Shown: in pieces, positions 1 through 7,621 of the stretch
How positions within the stretch are numbered: position 1 is the first letter of the stretch
Layout: every line of letters begins with the position of its first letter
Assembly: GCF_000017945.1 (NCBI RefSeq)
Contig: NC_009776.1
Coordinates: 420,001-452,000 of the forward strand
Direction of reading: 5' to 3'
Source: Ignicoccus hospitalis KIN4/I
GTDB taxonomy: Archaea > Thermoproteota > Thermoprotei_A > Sulfolobales > Ignicoccaceae
DNA: 32,000 bases
Notes under the pieces: generated by a model
The model's input: only the letters and a program-made list of their open reading frames with translations
What the model was told of the DNA's origin: nothing
The model's database searches: none
Made by a program: the position numbers and the translations under genes

Positions 1-500
1 GCTCGCTCAGCTCGTCGGGATGGGGGAGCTCCTTCTCTAGGTATATGCCGCCCACCTCCAGCGAGGCCTTCGCACCCCCGACCGGGAACACCGGGAAGGT
101 GGCCTCCCCCTCGCTGCGCCCCTCCACCCTCTGGCCGTAGACCTTGCCGCGGTACTCGCCCTTCCCCAAGATGTATATTATCACTACCCCGTTTACTTTG
201 CCCAGCGCCCCCACCTCCGGCACTTGGAACACGAACTCCTTGTCGCCGAACTTGCCCCTCTCCCCCTCCTTCCCCTTCAATAATACCTTTCCCTTGAGGC
301 CCAGCTTGAGCTTGTTGCCGTCCAGCCCGGGGACCTCCCCTCGCACCTCCACCTCAGCGGACTCCCAAGGCGCCCTGAGGTAGGAGCACTCGACGTAAAC
401 TACTCCCTTCTCCTCGCCGACCGCCCTACAACGCGTCCACACTTCCTCAGCCAGCTCGGGGGCAGCACGAGCGCTAAAAACGGCAAGTAGCTCACCTTCC
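1..500 (-). CDS. Partial ORF leaving the window at its 3' end. Probably an out-of-frame C-terminal continuation of the peptidase gene at 400-1188, or an independent partial gene.
   Basis: My own minus-strand translation. A frame different from the 400-1188 ORF stays open from about 540 down to position 1. It reads ...ELLAVFSARAAPELAEEVWTRCRAVGEEKGVVYVECSYLRAPWESAEVEVRGEVPGLDGNKLKLGLKGKVLLKGKEGERGKFGDKEFVFQVPEVGALGKVNGVVIIYILGKGEYRGKVYGQRVEGRSEGEATFPVFPVGGAKASLEVGGIYLEKELPHPDELSE-. Composition is coding-like. It is absent from the ORF track because it has no in-window stop. Confidence 0.5.
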
Positions 501-1188
501 CGGGGCCGTAGAAGACCTCGACCTTGCCGAACTTCCAGTACTCGCCGGACGGGGAGCCCCCGTAAGCCCAGCCCTCCTCGAGCTCCACCTCGCCGAAGGG
601 AGGGGGCACCGGGACTACACCGTAGGGGGTGACGCCTGAGCTAACGGCCTCCGCGAAGACCTTTGCTGCCTCGTAGAGGCTCATCTTCCTCGCGCTCCAC
701 ACGTCCTCGCCGTTGACGTACAAGTAGTAAAGCACCGTGAGGCCGAAGAAGTAGGGGGAGAGGTCTCCGAACCCTCTCGTCACCCACTCCGCGTAGCCGC
801 TCCTCTTGTAGAGCTCGGGGTAGAGCAAGTAGCAGCTCAACTCCGCCAGCCCCTCCGCGAACCACAACGGCCAGTAGGCGCCCCTCTCCATTTCTATCAC
901 GTGCGTTAGCTCGTGAGCCAGCGTGCAGTAGTTCAGCTCCCTTAGGGAGACCGCGTACTCGTGCAACCCGGGGACTCCCGAGGCGTAGTTAGCTTCCCCG
1001 AGGCGCAGCTCCACCCTAGCCCTCGCTTTGCCCCACAAGGCCTCCACCTTGGGGGCCACCTCCTCGCACGCCTTCCTCAAGTCCGGGTCTTCCGAGACGC
1101 AAGTCATGGCGAGGGCCGCGAGGGCGGAGAGCGCGAGCAGCAGAGCCACTTTCACCCCGCTCCCCCACGCTTTTGTGACCCGAACCAA
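400..1188 (-). CDS. Secreted zinc metallopeptidase, Peptidase_MA (gluzincin)-like
   Basis: HExxH motif (HELTHVIEME) is followed about 18 aa later by WFAEGLAE, the third-ligand Glu context typical of MA-clan peptidases. There is an N-terminal hydrophobic signal/anchor, KVALLLALSALAALA. The TTG at 1188 lies only about 10 nt from the AT-rich box 1191-1207, so GTG at 1155 (MKVALLL...) is the likelier start. The last ~30 codons look non-native (see frameshift finding). Confidence 0.7.
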   Translation of the reverse strand: MVRVTKAWGSGVKVALLLALSALAALAMTCVSEDPDLRKACEEVAPKVEALWGKARARVELRLGEANYASGVPGLHEYAVSLRELNYCTLAHELTHVIEMERGAYWPLWFAEGLAELSCYLLYPELYKRSGYAEWVTRGFGDLSPYFFGLTVLYYLYVNGEDVWSARKMSLYEAAKVFAEAVSSGVTPYGVVPVPPPFGEVELEEGWAYGGSPSGEYWKFGKVEVFYGPGKVSYLPFLALVLPPSWLRKCGRVVGRSARRRE

Positions 1189-1190
1189 GG

Positions 1191-1207
1191 AAATATACTT
1201 AAATTTT
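1191..1207. promoter_or_regulatory. AT-rich box in the divergent spacer between the peptidase and PaaK-like genes
   Basis: aaatatacttaaatttt. A second TATA-like element, ctataaac, sits at 1312-1319, close to the PaaK-like ORF. Confidence 0.3.
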
Positions 1208-1333
1208 GAGTACTCTCCCTTGACCTCGAAAATTTCAGTCAGACGGTTTCCGAAGGGAAAGTTTCAAGCGTAACGCTCAAATAATCCGAGTATATGCCGG
1301 TCAATACATGCCTATAAACCGCCCCGGCCCTCC

Positions 1334-2815
1334 GTGCTTAGCGGTAGAGCAGTCGTGTTCGAGCGCTACTCGAGGGCCACCCCCCTCGGGGCGTACTTGG
1401 AGGAAGGGCGGAGGTTCAGGGAAGAGGGCTTCATAAGGACGGACTACCCCCCTAAGAGGGACGAGGTCCTCTGGAACCCCAAAATTATGAGGATGCCCAG
1501 GGAAGAGCTGGAGAAGATAAAGACCCAGAGGCTCAAGGCCATAGTTAAGTGGGCGTGGGAGCACAGCGAGTTCTACCGCAAGTTCTGGAAGAGCAAGGGC
1601 TTCCACCCGGACATGATAAAGACTCACGAGGACGTGGTCAAGATACCGGTCCTCACCAAGAAGGACTTGAGAGCGGACTTGCAGAAGAACCCGCCTTACG
1701 GCACCATAATGGTTCCGGAACTGGCCAAGTACATACACTTCGTGGGCGCCACCTCCGGCAGCACCGGGATGCCCACCTTCCAAGGCTGGGGCAGGGTGGA
1801 GCTGGACTACTTCGAGGAACAGCAAGCTAGGTACTTGTGGACCTTCGCCGGCGTCAAGCCCGGCGTAGTCTATGCGAACTACCTCAACATGAGCGGCTTC
1901 TACAGCTGGGGCCCGCCCCTCGTGGAGACCGCCATGTGGAGGTGCGGCGCCACCGCCATCGCCGGCGGGGGCGAGACCTTCTTCACTTGGAAGGACAGGC
2001 ACATGCTAATAATGAAGCTGTGGAAGGTTGACGTCTTCGCCACCACCCCGTGGCTCCACCGCTGGATAGGCGAGCAAGCCAAGCTGGAGGGCTGGGTGAC
2101 CCCGTTCAAGGTGCTCTTGCTCCACGGAGGGGCAGCGGCCGAGAAGACCAAGGAGAAGCTGATGGAGGTCCACCCCAACGTCGAGAAGGTCATAAGCGTC
2201 TGGGGCACTACGGACGGTCACATGGCAATCGAGCCCCCCGACGCGCCCGGGACCTTGGTGTTCTGGGAGGACACCCAGATCTTCGACATAGTGGTGCCCG
2301 GCAGCTACGAGGAGAGGCCCGAGGGCGAGCCGGCGGGCCAGGGCGAGAGGGGAGAGCTCATAGCCACCTTGCTGACCCACTACACCATGCCCTTGATAAG
2401 GTACAGCCTGGGCGACTACGTGAAGAACGAGTTCATATGCGACCCCACCCCGGAGCTGGGCATAACCCACTGTAGGTTCGCCGAGCTCATACCGGGCAGA
2501 GTGGAGTGGATGTTCAAGGTAAAGGGCAAGCTGCTCTTCCCCATAGTGGTCGAGAACGCGGTGAGCCAGATACCGGACACCACCGGCGCCTACAACATAG
2601 TAGTTTACGACGACAACATGGACAAGCTGAAGATAAAGGTGGAGACCAGGAAGCCCATACCGCCCCCTCCGGAGTACGACAAGGAGGCAAGGGAGATCAT
2701 AGCGAGGGAGCTCGGCCTGAGCCCGGAGGACGTGGAGATAGAGTGGATAAGGCCCGGCGAGAGCGTCTGGAAGGGCTACAAGCTGCAAGTGTTCTTGGAC
2801 GAGAGGAAGAAGTAA
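1334..2815 (+). CDS. Adenylate-forming enzyme of the phenylacetate-CoA ligase / coenzyme F390 synthetase family (PaaK-like)
   Basis: 493-aa ORF with the AMP-binding motif [33 protein letters not shown] resembles PaaK/F390-synthetase N-termini. The start is ambiguous (GTG 1334, ATG 1487 or ATG 1493). Substrate is unknown. Confidence 0.75.
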   Translation: MLSGRAVVFERYSRATPLGAYLEEGRRFREEGFIRTDYPPKRDEVLWNPKIMRMPREELEKIKTQRLKAIVKWAWEHSEFYRKFWKSKGFHPDMIKTHEDVVKIPVLTKKDLRADLQKNPPYGTIMVPELAKYIHFVGATSGSTGMPTFQGWGRVELDYFEEQQARYLWTFAGVKPGVVYANYLNMSGFYSWGPPLVETAMWRCGATAIAGGGETFFTWKDRHMLIMKLWKVDVFATTPWLHRWIGEQAKLEGWVTPFKVLLLHGGAAAEKTKEKLMEVHPNVEKVISVWGTTDGHMAIEPPDAPGTLVFWEDTQIFDIVVPGSYEERPEGEPAGQGERGELIATLLTHYTMPLIRYSLGDYVKNEFICDPTPELGITHCRFAELIPGRVEWMFKVKGKLLFPIVVENAVSQIPDTTGAYNIVVYDDNMDKLKIKVETRKPIPPPPEYDKEAREIIARELGLSPEDVEIEWIRPGESVWKGYKLQVFLDERKK

Positions 2816-2822
2816 GCTTTTT
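2816..2822 (+). terminator. Oligo-T tract directly after the PaaK-like stop (archaeal-type terminator candidate)
   Basis: gcttttt begins 1 nt after TAA 2813-2815. Confidence 0.3.
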
Positions 2823-2876
2823 CCACTCTCAGACGTTTATGACCTTACTCCCCTCACCCCCTCCGGGCAGCCGGCC

Positions 2877-4103
2877 TTGGACGAGCTGGAAAAGTACGTA
2901 GAGATGTTGGAGAAGGGCGAGCTGAGCTTAAGCAAGCTGGACAAGGTCCTAAACCCTAACTTGGCCGCCCTGGTCAGGAGGAGGTTCTTAGAAAAGAGGA
3001 TAGGCAAGCTCCTCCCCGGCATAGCCTCAACCATACTCGACTTCGAAGAGCTCGTGGGAAGGAACATAGAGAACCCGATAGGGGCGGTTCAAATTCCCTT
3101 GGGCATAGCCGGACCCATCAAGGTCAACGGGGACTACGCCAAGGGGGAGTTCTACGTCCCCTTGGCCACCCACGAGGGGGCCCTGGTCGCCTCCGTCAAC
3201 AGGGGGATGAAGGCCGTTACCTTGTCCGGCGGCGCAAACGTAAAGGTGTTGAAAGATGGGATGGCTAGAGCCCCGGTGTTCAGGGTCCCAGACGTGGCGA
3301 CCGCGCAAGAGCTCGTGGAGTGGGTTAAGGAGCACTTTAACGAGATAAAGGAGGTTGCTGAAAGCACCACGCGCCACGGGAAGCTGAAGGAAATACAGCC
3401 GTTCGTCATGGGGAACAACGTGTGGCTGCGCTTCGTCTACTTTACCGGCGATGCTATGGGAATGAACATGGCAACGATAGCGACCGAGAAGGCGTGCGAA
3501 TACATTGAAGAGAACTTCGGGAGGGCCCAGTGCGTGGCCCTCTCCGGCAACATGTGCGTCGACAAGAAGCCTGCCCACTTGAACGTCCTCTTGGGGAGAG
3601 GGAAGTACGTGGTGGCCGAGGCCTTGATAAAGAAGGAGGTACTGGAGGGGGTGCTTAAGACCGACGCGAGGTCGGTGCACGAGGTAAACGAGAGGAAGAA
3701 CTGGGCCGGGAGCGCCTTCGCGGGCTCCTTCTCCTACAACGCCCACTTCGCCAACATAATAGCCGCGATATTCTTAGCTACCGGGCAGGACGCCGCGCAA
3801 ATAGTGGAGTCCTCCATGGGCTTCACTTGGACGGAAGTGAGGGGCGAGGACTTGTACATCTCCGTCACCCTCCCCAGCTTGGAGGTAGGCACTGTGGGCG
3901 GGGGGACTAGGCTGCAGACCCAGAGGGAGGCCTTGGAGATACTCGGCGTGGCCGGCGGCGGCGACCCCCCTGGCACCAACGCCCTCAAGTTCGCCGAGAT
4001 CGTGGGGGCAAGCGTCTTAGCCGGCGAACTAAACCTGCTCGCGGCCCTCGCGGCAAGGCAGCTCGCGAGGGCCCACGAGAGGCTCGGGAGGGGGAAGGGT
4101 TGA
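2877..4103 (+). CDS. hmgA: 3-hydroxy-3-methylglutaryl-CoA reductase (class I, archaeal; mevalonate pathway)
   Basis: Diagnostic motifs are present: [31 protein letters not shown] and EVGTVGGGT. Length 408 aa is typical of soluble archaeal HMGR. Start is TTG 2877, or alternatively ATG 2904. Confidence 0.95.
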   Translation: MDELEKYVEMLEKGELSLSKLDKVLNPNLAALVRRRFLEKRIGKLLPGIASTILDFEELVGRNIENPIGAVQIPLGIAGPIKVNGDYAKGEFYVPLATHEGALVASVNRGMKAVTLSGGANVKVLKDGMARAPVFRVPDVATAQELVEWVKEHFNEIKEVAESTTRHGKLKEIQPFVMGNNVWLRFVYFTGDAMGMNMATIATEKACEYIEENFGRAQCVALSGNMCVDKKPAHLNVLLGRGKYVVAEALIKKEVLEGVLKTDARSVHEVNERKNWAGSAFAGSFSYNAHFANIIAAIFLATGQDAAQIVESSMGFTWTEVRGEDLYISVTLPSLEVGTVGGGTRLQTQREALEILGVAGGGDPPGTNALKFAEIVGASVLAGELNLLAALAARQLARAHERLGRGKG

Positions 4104-4921
4104 GGCTCGAGCTGGAGGGCAAGGAGCTGGCCGCGCTCTCGTGGGGCGCGGCGGTGGGGGCCAAGTACGAGGGCGGAGGCTTCGCGACTTTCTTCGACGA
4201 GAACGTGAAGAACGAGCTCAGCTTGGAGGAGCCGGCCGAGCTCGTGAGCTGCGAGGAGAGCGTGTGCGCTACTTACTACGGCACTAAGATCTTGATAACC
4301 TCTTACGGAACCCCCTTGAGGGAGTTCGAAGTAGGCGTGGCCCCCAACTGGGTCTTGTTGGACGACAAAGTAGTGTACTTGACTTACGAGGAGGGCGTGG
4401 TGGCCTACAGCTTGGAGGGCAAGAGGCTCTGGAGGGGCCTTTACGGCCCCGCGAGGGGGGCGGCGAGGGCGAAGGGCCTTATATACGTCGGCACCCCCTT
4501 CGGAGCTCTAGCCCTCTCCCACGAAGATGGGAAGGTCGTGAAGGAGGTGGAGCTGGGCAACGGCAGCTGGAGGGTAACTTCCTCTTGCGGCTCCACGCTC
4601 TTGTTAGTGAACGACGAGGAGGCCTCGGCGCTGGCCTTGTTGGCGGTGAAGGACTTGGGCGACCCAGAGCCCGTGGGCGAGGTGAAGGGGGTGACGGGCA
4701 CCCCTTGGATATCCCCCGACTGCCTCTACGTGGCGGTCCCCTCTTGCGGGGTCTCTGTCTTCGACTTGCGCGGGAACTTGGTCTTCTCCCAGAGCTTGGA
4801 GGGGAACAGCGACGAGTGCTACGGGGTCCAAGCCCACTGGGGCGAGAAGCTCTTGGTAGGCGTGGTGGACGAGGGGCTGATGAAGTCCTACGTGTTGACT
4901 TACGAGCCTTTCTCCCGGTAG
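4100..4921 (+). CDS. Hypothetical protein with beta-propeller-like (PQQ/BamB-like) repeat pattern
   Basis: 273-aa ORF whose TTG start overlaps the hmgA stop (TTGA, 4100-4103). Strand-turn units recur: [79 protein letters not shown]. No signal peptide is seen. Confidence 0.55.
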   Translation: MRLELEGKELAALSWGAAVGAKYEGGGFATFFDENVKNELSLEEPAELVSCEESVCATYYGTKILITSYGTPLREFEVGVAPNWVLLDDKVVYLTYEEGVVAYSLEGKRLWRGLYGPARGAARAKGLIYVGTPFGALALSHEDGKVVKEVELGNGSWRVTSSCGSTLLLVNDEEASALALLAVKDLGDPEPVGEVKGVTGTPWISPDCLYVAVPSCGVSVFDLRGNLVFSQSLEGNSDECYGVQAHWGEKLLVGVVDEGLMKSYVLTYEPFSR

Positions 4922-4938
4922 CCCCTCGGGAGAGGGGC
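4921..4938 (+). repeat. GC-rich hairpin right after the 4100-4921 ORF stop
   Basis: gcccctc-ggga-gaggggc gives a 7-bp stem and a 4-nt loop. The 12-bp palindrome (cccggg)x2 follows at 4973-4984, just before the tgtA TTG. Confidence 0.6.
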
Positions 4939-4990
4939 CCGGGGTTATAGACAAGAGGAAACTCTGAGACTGCCCGGGCCCGGGAAGAGC

Positions 4991-6523
4991 TTGATCTGGG
5001 AGCCGGAGGCCAGGGACGGGCCGGCGAGGGCCGGGAAGCTCAAGGTAGGCGCCTACGAGGTCGAGACCCCCGCCCTTTTGGCGGTGGTGGACCCGGACCC
5101 GAAGAAGCAACTCGTCCCCTTGGACGAGATGAGGAGGGCCGGGGTCCAAGTAATAATGACCTCAGCCTTCATAGCTAAGAAGAAGGTAGGCCCAACGAAC
5201 TTGAAGGAGCGCTTGGGGTGGGAGGGCCTCCTATACACCGACTCGGGGACCTTTCAAGCGTACAGCAGGGGGGTGAGGGTGGACCCGGAGGAGTCGGTGA
5301 GGTACCAGATAAGCGCCGGCTCCGACATAATAACGCCCGTGGACCTCTTCAGCTTGCCCACGGACAGCAAGGAGGTAGCGGCGAAGAAGGCGGAGGTGAG
5401 CTTCCGGAGGTGGCTGAGGGCGAGGGAGCTGAAGGAGGAGGTGAGCGCCCCGGTACAAGGGGGCCTCTACCCGGACGTGAGGGCGGCCGTCGCGAGGAGG
5501 TACTCCGAGGCCGGGGCCAGGCTCTTGGCCGTGGGGGGTATAGTTCCCTTGATGGAAGAGTACAAGTTCAAGGAGTTGGTTAACGCGGTGCTCCCGGTCC
5601 TCGCCTCCAGGCCGCCGGAGGCCGCGGTGCACGCCTTCGGGGCCGGCCACCCGCTCGCCTTCCCCCTCTTGGCCTTCCTAGGCGTGGACCTCTTCGACTC
5701 GGCCATGTACGCTATAGCGGCGAGGGAGGGTAGGTACTTAACGCCGTTTGGTACCTTTAGGCTCGAAGAATTAGTAATGATGAGGGAGTTCCCCTGCGAC
5801 TGCCCCGCTTGCTCCTCCCTCTCCCCGCGCGACTTGCTGTCCATGAGCGAGGAGGAGAGGACCAAGTTCTTAGCCCTTCACAACCTTTACGCAGCAATTA
5901 AAATGGTGAAGGAAATAAGGGAGAGGATAGTTTACGGCACCTTCCACAAGTGGGCGATAGCCTTCGCCCACAGCCACCCGAGGCTGTACGAGGCCTTTGC
6001 AGAGGCCTTGGGCAAGTGGAGGGGCTACTTCGAGAGGGAGAGGAACGCCCTCCCCAAGTCGCCGGTCCCGGAGGGGTGCGAGCTCTGCGACTCCAGCCCG
6101 GAGAGGGACCCGGTGGGGGAGGGGACTTACGGGACGAGGGAGCTGTTCAACGTCATCGCCAAGAGGGCCTACGGGAAGGGGCTGAGTTCCGAAGAACCCT
6201 TGGAGGCCTTAAGGCCCCCTAGGGCCAGCTTCTCGCCCCGCGCGCTGAGGGAGCTCTGCTCGGTGACCCTCAACTCCCCTCCCAAGGGGAGGGCGATAAG
6301 GAAGAAGGACTTAAAGGAAGTTAACTGCTTGTTGAGGCCCAACCATGAGGTCCTCGTCCTCTGGGAGGGAGGGGAGGCGAAGGCCGTTTCCCTCGTCTCG
6401 TTCGCGGAGCTCTCGTTGGCCTCCGAAGAGGCCGTGGCGCTCTTACTCCCCCCTGAGGGCCTCCACGGGGTCAAGCTTGGAGGCCTTGTAGGCCGGGTAG
6501 AGGCCGGCGACCACGGCGGTTAA
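4991..6523 (+). CDS. tgtA: Archaeosine tRNA-guanine transglycosylase (ArcTGT)
   Basis: TGT-fold motifs: LYTDSGTFQ (catalytic Asp context), AVGGIVPL, and the Zn site CDCPAC...LALHNLY. The ~160-aa C-terminal region is only weakly PUA-like. TTG start. The last 27 codons overlap the convergent permease gene. Confidence 0.85.
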   Translation: MIWEPEARDGPARAGKLKVGAYEVETPALLAVVDPDPKKQLVPLDEMRRAGVQVIMTSAFIAKKKVGPTNLKERLGWEGLLYTDSGTFQAYSRGVRVDPEESVRYQISAGSDIITPVDLFSLPTDSKEVAAKKAEVSFRRWLRARELKEEVSAPVQGGLYPDVRAAVARRYSEAGARLLAVGGIVPLMEEYKFKELVNAVLPVLASRPPEAAVHAFGAGHPLAFPLLAFLGVDLFDSAMYAIAAREGRYLTPFGTFRLEELVMMREFPCDCPACSSLSPRDLLSMSEEERTKFLALHNLYAAIKMVKEIRERIVYGTFHKWAIAFAHSHPRLYEAFAEALGKWRGYFERERNALPKSPVPEGCELCDSSPERDPVGEGTYGTRELFNVIAKRAYGKGLSSEEPLEALRPPRASFSPRALRELCSVTLNSPPKGRAIRKKDLKEVNCLLRPNHEVLVLWEGGEAKAVSLVSFAELSLASEEAVALLLPPEGLHGVKLGGLVGRVEAGDHGG

Positions 6524-7621
6524 CACGGAGAAGAGCGCCGCCTCAGCGACCAGCTGGGGGCTCACGTAAGCCTTGGCGGTCTTCAAGAACTCCGCTTGTA
6601 TGTAGCTCTTCAGCTGGGCCCCTATTACATTAACGTACTTGTTCACAGCGTCCGCCAAGAAGTAGCCTATTACAGAGCCTATGGCTCCTCCTACCACCCC
6701 GAAGGATGAGGCCAAGAATAGGTAGTAAAGCAATATGTCCCTCGGGGAGTAGCCTATTGCCTTCATAACTGCTATTTCAGACCTCCTCTCGAGGACAGTT
6801 ATCATCATGGTGTTAGCTATTCCGAAGCCAGACGCAACGAAAGCTATCATAGACATCATGAACAAGAACCTCTCAGCGAACTCCGCCGCGGACGAGTACA
6901 TGTTTATTAAACTTAAGGGCGCGGTGGCTTCGGCGTCCATGAGCTCTGCCAAGGGCCTCACCCTCTTCAACACTTCCTTCGTCTTGGAGGGGCTCTCGGC
7001 GACCAAGTAGAGGACATTGTAACCCCCGACCACCCTCGTCCCTAGCTCCTCAGAGACCATTATCGACTTGTCCGGGTTGAAGCCGAAGAGGCTCGAGCCG
7101 AGGCTCTCCAAAGCTCCCACGACGGTTACGTAGTACTCCTCCTTACCCACTTGGAACTTCACTGTGCCAGGGGGGAGTAAGACCTCCTTAGCCACTTGCC
7201 AGCCCTCCACCGCCGTGCCGGGGGCTAGGGAGAAGCGCCCTAGGCGCGGCTTCGCGGAGGGGAAAAGGGAGAAGAACGCCTTTTCGTTCAGCCCCACGAA
7301 GGTCAGTATCCAGACTTTCCCGGAGGCCGATACCTTAGCTCTGAACACCGAAACCCCGAACACGTCCGTGACCCCCTCAACGGCCTTGAAGGCCAAGGCG
7401 TCTTCCAAGGAAAAGGGTCTCTCTCGCGCGCTCAAGATTATGACGTTCGCCGCCAGCCCCCTGAACTGCCTCTCCACGTTGACCCTCAAGCCCTCCGCTT
7501 GGGAGACGAAGGCTATCAAGGCCGCGGCGCCCACCGCAACGCTCATGACCACTAAGAGGGACCTCAAGCCGCCGCTCTTCATGTCCTTTAAGCTCATAAG
7601 GAAGAGCTCCGCGTACTTCAT
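6443..7621 (-). CDS. ABC-transporter permease, FtsX/MacB (LolE-like) family
   Basis: 392 aa. An N-terminal TM helix is followed by a ~230-aa extracytoplasmic domain and three C-terminal TM helices. The family-typical C-terminus YPAYKASKLDPVEALRGE is present. Its ATG overlaps the stop of the upstream 951-aa gene (ATGA at 7618-7621). Confidence 0.85.
   Translation of the reverse strand: MKYAELFLMSLKDMKSGGLRSLLVVMSVAVGAAALIAFVSQAEGLRVNVERQFRGLAANVIILSARERPFSLEDALAFKAVEGVTDVFGVSVFRAKVSASGKVWILTFVGLNEKAFFSLFPSAKPRLGRFSLAPGTAVEGWQVAKEVLLPPGTVKFQVGKEEYYVTVVGALESLGSSLFGFNPDKSIMVSEELGTRVVGGYNVLYLVAESPSKTKEVLKRVRPLAELMDAEATAPLSLINMYSSAAEFAERFLFMMSMIAFVASGFGIANTMMITVLERRSEIAVMKAIGYSPRDILLYYLFLASSFGVVGGAIGSVIGYFLADAVNKYVNVIGAQLKSYIQAEFLKTAKAYVSPQLVAEAALFSVLTAVVAGLYPAYKASKLDPVEALRGE

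Noticed and set aside
144-383. 79-aa plus-strand ORF at the left edge
   Set aside because: It is Pro/Ser/Thr-rich low complexity. The opposite strand carries a long, well-composed open frame running to position 1.
1301-2788. Long minus-strand ORFs 1301-2002 (233 aa) and 2006-2788 (260 aa), antisense to the PaaK-like gene
   Set aside because: They are Arg/Gly/Pro/Leu/His-rich low-complexity translations with no motifs. This is typical of stop-poor antisense frames in GC-rich coding DNA. The sense ORF has clear family motifs.
3027-3746. 239-aa minus-strand ORF antisense to hmgA
   Set aside because: hmgA motifs on the plus strand are unambiguous. The antisense product is Pro/Gly/His/Leu-rich with no recognisable domain.
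4973-4984. (cccggg)x2 12-bp palindrome upstream of tgtA
   Set aside because: It is short and compositionally expected in GC-rich DNA, and I saw no second copy. It is noted as a feature only, not as a regulatory claim.
6780-6835. C/D-box sRNA-like motifs on the minus strand (ATGATGA ... CTGA), inside the permease gene
   Set aside because: The spacing is wrong (about 21 nt between the C box and the putative D' box instead of about 12). There is no terminal D box or kink-turn pairing. The motifs are explained by the coding sequence TMMITVLERRSEI.
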